Shown: positions 11,183 through 16,565 of the stretch, one piece after another
How positions within the stretch are numbered: position 1 is the first letter of the stretch
How the letters are laid out: each line of letters opens with the position of its first letter
Assembly: GCA_019634215.1 (NCBI GenBank)
Contig: JAHQVS010000281.1
Location: forward strand, 1-16,565
Origin: Paracoccaceae bacterium
GTDB lineage: Bacteria; Pseudomonadota; Alphaproteobacteria; Rhodobacterales; Rhodobacteraceae
DNA length: 16,565 nucleotides
Direction: 5' to 3'
The notes under the pieces: generated by a model
Databases searched by the model: none
The model's input: only the letters and a program-made list of their open reading frames with translations
What the model was told of the DNA's origin: nothing
Translations under genes and position numbers: made by a program

Positions 11183-12241
11183 TCAAGCCTTCGCGGCGGC
11201 CATGGAGCTGAAAAACGCCGCGAGCGCGCGATCCGCAGCGTCCTCGGGCGAGAGCGAGCCGGTGGCGACCGCCTCTCGTAGGTTCGGGGAAAGCTCTGAG
11301 ACCGCTGGATTCGCGGCGAAGCGGGCGATCAGTCGGCGTTCGATCTCTTCCTGCATCCAGTGCACGTCCTGATCGCGGCGGCGGCTTGCGCGCCACCCCT
11401 GATCACGACGCCAATTGGCAAGGTCGGCGATTTGTGTCCAGGCGGATTCCAATCCATCGCCGGTCAGGGCCGAGACCGGCATCGCCATGGGAATTTGTTG
11501 GACCTCCGGTGGCGGATCATCCGGGCGCGCGCGCAACAGCCGCAACGCGTTGGCGTAGTCTGAGACCGTCGCCCGCGCGGCCGACGCTAGCTCGCCGTCG
11601 GCCTTGTTGACCAGAATCAGGTCGGCGCGCTCCATCACCCCGCGTTTGACCCCTTGGAGATCATCGCCGCCGCTGGGATTTAACAACAGCACGAACACGT
11701 CGGTCATGTCGGCGACCATGGTCTCCGATTGGCCGACGCCGACGGTTTCGATCAAGGTCACTGTGAAGCCAGCGGCCTCGCACAGCCGAATCACCTCTCG
11801 GGTGCGACGGGCGACACCACCCAGCGCTGCGTTCGACGGCGAGGGACGGATAAAAGCTTCTTTCGCCCGTGATAACCGCTCCATCCGTGTCTTGTCGCCC
11901 AGGATAGAGCCGCCGCCTCGCGCCGAACTAGGGTCTACCGCCAACACCGCCACCCGCTCTCCGAGAGCCAGCAGCGCCCTGCCGAACGCCTCGATGAAAG
12001 TTGATTTGCCAACGCCTGGCGCGCCTGACAAGCCGATGCGCAGTGAGCCGCCGGTATGCGGCGCCAAAACCGTCAATAGCTCCCTGGCGAGGGCGCGATC
12101 ATCGTCCCGGCTGGATTCAACCAACGTGATCGCCCGGGCGAGGGCTCTACGGTCGCCTGCGGTCAAGCGCTTCGACCAATTGGTTGCAAATGTGCCTGAA
12201 TTCGGCGCCATTTCTTTCATATTATTACGAACCATACACAC
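11183..12241 (-). CDS. meaB: Methylmalonyl-CoA-mutase-associated GTPase / LAO-AO transport ATPase (G3E family)
   Basis: RALARAITLVES, GLSGAPGVGKSTFIEA (Walker A), LAVDPSS-x-GGSILGDKTRM, ETVGVGQSE and VNKAD all align with MeaB/ArgK. The real start is probably the Met at 12211 or 12220 (MKEMAPNSG). The first codons of the 12241 ORF are AT-rich. Confidence 0.88.
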   Translation of the reverse strand: MCMVRNNMKEMAPNSGTFATNWSKRLTAGDRRALARAITLVESSRDDDRALARELLTVLAPHTGGSLRIGLSGAPGVGKSTFIEAFGRALLALGERVAVLAVDPSSARGGGSILGDKTRMERLSRAKEAFIRPSPSNAALGGVARRTREVIRLCEAAGFTVTLIETVGVGQSETMVADMTDVFVLLLNPSGGDDLQGVKRGVMERADLILVNKADGELASAARATVSDYANALRLLRARPDDPPPEVQQIPMAMPVSALTGDGLESAWTQIADLANWRRDQGWRASRRRDQDVHWMQEEIERRLIARFAANPAVSELSPNLREAVATGSLSPEDAADRALAAFFSSMAAAKA

Positions 12242-12316
12242 TCGGTTGTCGGCTCCTCTTTACGGCTCACAAGACCTTGTGCATAAATCCGGATAGTTTT
12301 GCGTGGGAGCCCGAAT

Positions 12317-13120
12317 ATGCGACTTCATCTCGCCCCTTTGGCGGCCGCCGCCATCAGCGCCCTAGTGTCAACAGGGGTCGCGCCGTGGGCATCCGCCAAT
12401 GAAACCGCGCCGAAGGTGACGCCGGTGGCGACTACCGCCGACATGACTGCGGATTTACACTACACTTATGACTTTTACCTCAGCGGCGTGCCAGTCGCAG
12501 TCGGAAAGTTTCAGGCCAGCATCGAGGACACTCGGTACAACGCCGTTTCGGCCTTGAAAACCGTGGGAATCGTCGGGCTGTTCTTCGACACCGAGGTGGT
12601 CTCAAGCGCTGACGGCCAGCTTATGGAGGGCGAAGCGCTGTCGCCAGCCTTGTTCGAGATGCGCTCGCGCACCAAGGACAAGCGCCAGGACGTCAAAATG
12701 GTGTTCGCCGACGATGCGCCAGAGACAGTCGAGGCCTCCCCTCCGTTTCGGAAGAAGCGCTATGAGATTGATCCCGCCAAGCAGAACGGCGCGCTTGATC
12801 CGATGAGCGCGATTGTCGCCGCCTTCATGCCGCGAGACGCTGAAACGGTCTGCAGCCAAGTGATCCCGGTGTTTGACGCGCGCAAGCGCTATGACGTGAA
12901 GTTCCATACGAAGATCCGGGAATATGAGGAAGACGGGCGCCGCTTCATCGAATGCAAGGGGGTCTACGAGCGACTGGCTGGCTTTAAGCCCAAGATGATG
13001 AAAAAGCCGAACTACCCATTCAAAATCCGCTTCGCCGTCAATGATACAGGCGCGCCGCGTGCAGTGAGGATTTGGGGTGACACTTATTTTGGCGTCGCTG
13101 TCGCCTTGCTACGCGAATAG
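12317..13120 (+). CDS. Secreted DUF3108-like protein
   Basis: Signal peptide MRLHLAPLAAAAISALVSTGVAPWASA. GGGAG Shine-Dalgarno 8 nt before the ATG at 12317 (the ORF track starts at 12299). The layout resembles alphaproteobacterial DUF3108 proteins. No catalytic motif. Confidence 0.65.
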   Translation: MRLHLAPLAAAAISALVSTGVAPWASANETAPKVTPVATTADMTADLHYTYDFYLSGVPVAVGKFQASIEDTRYNAVSALKTVGIVGLFFDTEVVSSADGQLMEGEALSPALFEMRSRTKDKRQDVKMVFADDAPETVEASPPFRKKRYEIDPAKQNGALDPMSAIVAAFMPRDAETVCSQVIPVFDARKRYDVKFHTKIREYEEDGRRFIECKGVYERLAGFKPKMMKKPNYPFKIRFAVNDTGAPRAVRIWGDTYFGVAVALLRE

Positions 13121-13159
13121 CTGCGTCAAACTTCTCTAAAACCAAGTAATGAATATTCA

Positions 13160-13189
13160 GGAGCCCCGTTATGGGCTCATATTTTTTTG
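13160..13189 (+). terminator. Rho-independent terminator after the DUF3108 gene
   Basis: GGAGCCC-CGTTAT-GGGCTCC (7-bp stem) followed by ATATTTTTTTGC. Confidence 0.85.
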
Positions 13190-13337
13190 CTTCAAGGGGT
13201 TTCGTAGCGGAAATCCCTCCCCATTTCGGCGTCTCCGATCGCAACGCGATGTGAGTTCAAGTGGGCGAGGGTCCAAACCTCCCCCGTGTGGCCTGCTCTG
13301 CTGAGTCATATGCGTGAACCAGATCGTGGGTCGGGCC

Positions 13338-13433
13338 GAGGACGTGGGCAAATTGGTAAAGCCGTCCGGCGGAAGCTGGATGCCGCTTGGCGAGAGCCGG
13401 GCGCTGCGGGTTCGACTCCCGCCGTCTTCACCA
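13338..13433 (+). pseudogene. Aberrant tRNA-like element (96 nt) ending in ACCA
   Basis: Canonical T-arm GCGGG-TTCGACT-CCCGC, then CGTCTTC-A-CCA. The only complementary 5' strand, GAGGACG at 13338-13344, gives a 7-bp acceptor stem with a G3.U70 wobble. A D-arm-like GGC-AAATTGGTAAA-GCC follows. No 5-7-5 anticodon arm exists; instead there is a 5-bp helix (CCGGC 13366-13370 / GCCGG 13396-13400) around a 25-nt loop with no U33. The T-arm and 3' end match the downstream tRNA-Met at 24 of 29 nt. Confidence 0.4.
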
Positions 13434-13435
13434 TG

Positions 13436-13511
13436 GGAACCGTAGCTCAGTGGTTAGAGCAGCAGACTCATAATCTGTTTGTCGCGGGTTCGACTCCCGT
13501 CGATTCCACCA
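13436..13511 (+). tRNA. tRNA with CAU anticodon (elongator tRNA-Met, or tRNA-Ile2 if lysidinylated)
   Basis: Cloverleaf: acceptor GGAACCG/CGATTCC with one C5.A68 mismatch, U8, D-arm GCTC-AGTGGTTA-GAGC, anticodon arm GCAGA-CTCATAA-TCTGT, variable loop TTGTC, T-arm GCGGG-TTCGACT-CCCGT, discriminator A, encoded CCA. The anticodon stem lacks the three G-C pairs of an initiator tRNA. Confidence 0.8.
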
Positions 13512-13946
13512 GGGCCTGGAAAGCCCCCCAGCCTTTAACGCTGGTTTAGCAACACGGGTCTCCGAGACCTGACCTGGTTCGACCGCCTGATCCCGGCTCC
13601 CTGCGGGGCGTCGGGGGAGGGGGGAAGAACCGCGCGTCGGCCGCCTAGCGCGGCGGCTGATGGTGAAGACGGCCGATGGTCAAGCGTGTTCCGCCTAAGG
13701 GACGCGCTCCGCCGCTGGTCCTCGACGCCCGCTCGCCGCCGCCCGCGCGCCGGAGCGTTACGGCGGGTCTCGGAGATCTATCGAATTCCGCCCCTGTGAA
13801 GGGGCGTCCGCCATCCCCGCCGCGCTCGCGCGGAGGGGGCCGCCCGGTCCAGGGCGTCAGTTCTGGGCCGATCTTTAACCTGAACCAAAAGGACAGTCAT
13901 GCCGCCGTAACCGGACGCTGACGCGAAACCAATAAGGAAGACAGCC

Positions 13947-15113
13947 ATGACCATGACTCGATACACGATGCTGGACGCCATGCTGGGGCGCCGCCGCCTG
14001 ACTGTGAAAGAGAACCAGCGCGTGATAGCGCTGCACAAAGGGCGTTTCATGGACATTCTCGGTCCGGGAGAGCACCTCTTCTCGGGCTATGACGGGCACT
14101 TGATGACCGACATGGAGCTTGAAACCCATGATCTGACGCGCCCGGAGCTGGTCACCTCATTGGAGGCGGCGTTGTTCCGTGAGCGTACTGATCTGGTTGA
14201 GGCGCATCTTATCGAGGTGCGCACCGGGCCGGACGAAGTCGGCGTGGTGCTGAGAGATGGCCGGATCTACGCGATCCTGAAGCCCGACGGCCGCTCGGTG
14301 TTCTGGAAAGATGCCGGCCCGTGGGAGGTGGAGCGGATCGACGTCTCGGCGGATCTGGCCCTGCCGGCCGGTTTGCAGCGGCGGTTCGAGCGTTTCGGCG
14401 CAACGGACCGGATCACCCGCTTCAACGTCGAGCAGGAGCAAGTAGGCTTGCTGTTCGTCGACGGCGCATTCCTGCGCATGCTCGCCCCTGGCGCGCATAT
14501 GTTCTGGAATGTCGGCCGGCGGGTGATGGTGAAGCTGATCGAGACCCGGCGTCAGTCGCTGGACGTGACCGGTCAGGAAATCCTGACCAAGGATCGCGTC
14601 TCGATCCGGGTGAACCTCGCGGCCGAGTACCGCGTGGTCGATCCGGTGAAGGCTGCGACCATGGTGAAAGATTTCGCCGATGCGCTGTACCGCGAGGTGC
14701 AGTACGCGTTCCGTAAATCGCTCGGCGCCAAGACGCTCGACGAGATCCTTGAGCAAAAGATCTCGGTCGACGCCGAGGCGGCGGAGCGGGTGCGGACGGC
14801 GATGAAGGAGATCGGCCTTGAGGTCGGTGAGATCGCGTTGAAGGACGTGGTCCTGCCGGGCGAGATGCGCGAGATCCTAAACACCGTGGTGCTGGCGGAG
14901 AAAGAGGCGCAAGCCAACGTCATCCGCCGCCGTGAGGAAACCGCCGCGACCCGCTCGCTGCTCAATACCGCGAAGGTGATGGAGGAGAACCCGATCATGC
15001 TCCGCCTGAAGGAGCTGGAGGCGCTCGAAACCATCGCCGAGAAGGTCGACAGCCTGGTGGTCCACAACGGGCCGAAGGGTCTGATGACCGAGATCGCGAA
15101 ACTGTCCGATTGA
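13947..15113 (+). CDS. SPFH/band-7 (stomatin-like) domain protein with a duplicated N-terminal module and no membrane anchor
   Basis: AAGGAAG Shine-Dalgarno 7 nt upstream. The C-terminal about 200 aa is a canonical SPFH domain (VKLIETRRQSLDVTGQEILTKDRVSIRVN...VLAEKEAQANVIRRREETAA...NPIMLRLKELEAL). The N-terminal about 190 aa has no hydrophobic segment and carries two extra copies of the SPFH N-terminal beta-hairpin motif. Confidence 0.85.
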   Translation: MTMTRYTMLDAMLGRRRLTVKENQRVIALHKGRFMDILGPGEHLFSGYDGHLMTDMELETHDLTRPELVTSLEAALFRERTDLVEAHLIEVRTGPDEVGVVLRDGRIYAILKPDGRSVFWKDAGPWEVERIDVSADLALPAGLQRRFERFGATDRITRFNVEQEQVGLLFVDGAFLRMLAPGAHMFWNVGRRVMVKLIETRRQSLDVTGQEILTKDRVSIRVNLAAEYRVVDPVKAATMVKDFADALYREVQYAFRKSLGAKTLDEILEQKISVDAEAAERVRTAMKEIGLEVGEIALKDVVLPGEMREILNTVVLAEKEAQANVIRRREETAATRSLLNTAKVMEENPIMLRLKELEALETIAEKVDSLVVHNGPKGLMTEIAKLSD

Positions 15114-15116
15114 CAG

Positions 15117-15150
15117 GCGGGGCGAGGGGAAACCCTCGCCCCGTTTCGCA
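15117..15150 (+). terminator. Rho-independent terminator after the SPFH gene
   Basis: GGGGCGAGGG-GAAA-CCCTCGCCCC (10-bp perfect stem, GNRA-type loop) followed by GTTTCG. Confidence 0.8.
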
Positions 15151-15268
15151 TACGTTGTTTCGTATCGCGCACGTTCGGTCACGACCCGTCGCCAACCCGT
15201 GATTTGCCGTCATGGCGCCTGCTCCCGGAGAATATGCGCGCAAACACGTCATCACGGGAGGAACTATA

Positions 15269-15856
15269 ATGTTGAAACGGTTCGCAATCGCCGCCACCGT
15301 CATTCTCATGGGCGGGAGCGCGGCGCACGCCGCTTGCACGTCCGACACGCCGGGCGACGATATGAGCTTCGATCAGGCGCAGACAGTTTATGAATGCCTG
15401 AAAGAGAGCATGCAGGCTGGCTACGCCAAAGGCCCGAAGCGTTGGGTGCCGGAGGAGTTCGTCACCGACTATCCGGGCTGGACCCAGGCGAGCACCAAAC
15501 CGGCCGCGCCCGGCTTTCACGGCGGCCGCTTCCTCGTCACCTATGTTAACGACGCTGGCGCCGACGCTTATTTGACTTGGGGCGAGGCCGCGATTCCGGC
15601 CGGAACCGTGATCGCGAAAGAATCCTTCATGGTCGACGATAAGGGGAACGCTAAGGCCGGGCCGCTGTTCATTATGCAGAAGGTCGAGGCTGGGAAATCC
15701 CCGAAGACGGACGACTGGTACTACATGATGGTCGCCCCAAGCGGCGCGCCTCAGGGCGTTAACGTGTTCCAGGCCTGCAGCGAATGCCATCAAGGCAATT
15801 TTGGCGAAACGCAGGGCCTTGGCTACCCGGTTGAAGAAGTCCGGCTGGAGCGCTGA
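15269..15856 (+). CDS. Periplasmic cytochrome P460-family haem protein
   Basis: GGGAGG Shine-Dalgarno before the ATG at 15269; signal peptide MLKRFAIAATVILMGGSAAHA. A single CSECH (CxxCH) motif near the C-terminus is followed by GYPVEEV (compare P460 ...CAACHK...FYPVLR). DDWYYMMVAP resembles P460 NWAFYIFYVP. A conserved Lys in GTVIAKESF sits where the P460 cross-linking lysine is. Confidence 0.7.
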   Translation: MLKRFAIAATVILMGGSAAHAACTSDTPGDDMSFDQAQTVYECLKESMQAGYAKGPKRWVPEEFVTDYPGWTQASTKPAAPGFHGGRFLVTYVNDAGADAYLTWGEAAIPAGTVIAKESFMVDDKGNAKAGPLFIMQKVEAGKSPKTDDWYYMMVAPSGAPQGVNVFQACSECHQGNFGETQGLGYPVEEVRLER

Positions 15857-15910
15857 GGCGTCGCGGGGCTATTCTTGAAATATCCGAGCTTTAAAACCTA
15901 GTGGAGCAAC

Positions 15911-15953
15911 CGAAACAGATCGAACCCGATCTGTTTCGAAAGTTGCGCAACCA
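15911..15953. repeat. Palindromic cluster: 11-bp-stem hairpin plus a 10-bp perfect palindrome
   Basis: CGAAACAGATC-gaaccc-GATCTGTTTCG (15911-15938), immediately followed by GTTGCGCAAC (15942-15951). It lies in the convergent intergenic region between the P460 gene and the dehydrogenase gene. Confidence 0.5.
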
Positions 15954-16146
15954 AATCAAGAGCCTAGTGGTCGGCGCGACGGAGCCTTCCGTCACAGTCG
16001 AACCACTAGGGGCGGTCTCGGCCGCCCCTGCTGAAGCCGCGCTAGAGCCTTTTCCATGAACTCCCGTTCACTCCAAAGGCTCTCATTCCTTGTTTTTTGT
16101 CGCATTCTCGAAGCGCAAAACCGCAAACACTTTTGCTGAAAATGTT

Positions 16147-16565
16147 CTAAGAACCATCGCTGCGAACTTTCTTGCCACCCAACCCCTCATAAAACCGCGT
16201 CGCCTGGCTGTCGTCATGCTGGCCGTATCCGGCCCCGCTCGCGCCCAGGAACACTTGCAGCGCCGCTGCGGACAGCGGAACCGGAAACCGCTCCGCCCGT
16301 GCGGCGTCCAGCACAATCCCCAGGTCCTTCACAAAGATATCCACAGCCGAGCTCGCTTCGGTTCCCTCAGTCAGCATCCGGGGGCCGCGATTGCCGATCA
16401 TCCAACTGCCCCCGGCGGAGACGTTCAGCACTTCGAGCACTTGTGCAGGCGTTAACCCGAGATGCGCGCCGAAGCTCATCACTTCGGCCGCCACAGCCAG
16501 ATTGCAGCCAGCGGCGAGCTGGTGGACCATTTTCATGGTTGATCCCGGTCCGGGGTGATCTCCTA
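16147..16565 (-). CDS. 3-hydroxyisobutyrate dehydrogenase / 2-hydroxy-3-oxopropionate reductase family (C-terminal part; 5' end beyond the window)
   Basis: G-P-G-S-T-M-K-M-V-H-Q (the GxGxxxKxxxN-like motif of the HIBADH/6PGDH NAD-binding family) lies near the window edge. The C-terminal helical domain is present (LAVAAEVMSFGAHLGLTPAQVLEVLNVSAGGSWM). The reading frame stays open to the window end. Confidence 0.8.
   Translation of the reverse strand, partial: GDHPGPGSTMKMVHQLAAGCNLAVAAEVMSFGAHLGLTPAQVLEVLNVSAGGSWMIGNRGPRMLTEGTEASSAVDIFVKDLGIVLDAARAERFPVPLSAAALQVFLGASGAGYGQHDDSQATRFYEGLGGKKVRSDGS

Noticed and set aside
11604-12296. 230-aa + strand ORF antisense to meaB
   Set aside because: The opposite-strand gene has unambiguous G3E GTPase motifs, so this is an antisense artefact.
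13338-13680. Two-piece (circularly permuted) tmRNA, as found in alphaproteobacteria: the CCA-ending element at 13338-13433 as the 'acceptor piece', with GAAGACG at 13665-13671 as the 5' acceptor strand of a 'coding piece'
   Set aside because: A complete tRNA gene occupies the 2 nt after the CCA, leaving no room for the intervening segment. No ANDN-type tag reading frame ending in AA-stop is visible on either side. The sequence after GAAGACG resembles the conserved tmRNA 5' end (GGAUUCGACGGG) only weakly. The call needs a covariance-model search, which I cannot run, so I report the element as an aberrant tRNA-like sequence instead.
13676-13921. 81-aa ORF in the tRNA-Met/SPFH spacer
   Set aside because: It is a Pro/Arg/Gly-rich, low-complexity translation of GC-rich hairpin-forming DNA, with no Shine-Dalgarno.
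13436-15900. Genomic island integrated at tRNA-Met (carrying the SPFH and P460 genes)
   Set aside because: No integrase or recombinase gene, and no direct repeat of the tRNA 3' end downstream. The related tRNA-like fragment lies upstream of the tRNA, not at a distal att site. GC content is not lower than the flanks.
16083-16455. ORFs 16083-16316 (-) and 16090-16455 (+) at the window end
   Set aside because: They overlap, in other frames, the HIBADH-family gene, which carries the diagnostic GxGxxxK motif and the C-terminal domain.

Overview
This is a 16.6-kb chromosomal segment from a high-GC (about 62-65%) bacterium, probably an alphaproteobacterium, made up mostly of housekeeping genes. I could support the following from the sequence:
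- + strand: infB (IF-2).
- About 620 bp of lower-GC DNA after infB with an orphan ORF, followed by a small TraR/DksA-family zinc-finger gene.
- A minus-strand block: dapE, dapD, a secreted phytase-like esterase, mepA and lepA, preceded by a small hypothetical gene.
- + strand: cobB (a Sir2-family deacylase).
- Minus strand: rpmB (bL28) and meaB (a G3E GTPase).
- + strand: a secreted DUF3108 protein, then a tRNA-like element ending in CCA, placed 2 nt before a tRNA-Met(CAU).
- + strand: a GC-rich structured 435-bp spacer; an SPFH/band-7 protein with no membrane anchor and a tandemly repeated N-terminal motif; a periplasmic cytochrome P460-family protein with a CxxCH motif; a repeat/palindrome-dense intergenic region.
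- Minus strand: a 3-hydroxyisobutyrate-dehydrogenase-like gene whose 5' end lies beyond the window.
I found no CRISPR array, integrase, transposase or obvious toxin-antitoxin pair. The most unusual items are the aberrant tRNA-like element beside tRNA-Met, the SPFH protein with the repeated N-terminal module next to cytochrome P460, the lower-GC insertion that replaces the expected infB-downstream genes (rbfA/truB), and two repeat-rich structured intergenic regions.
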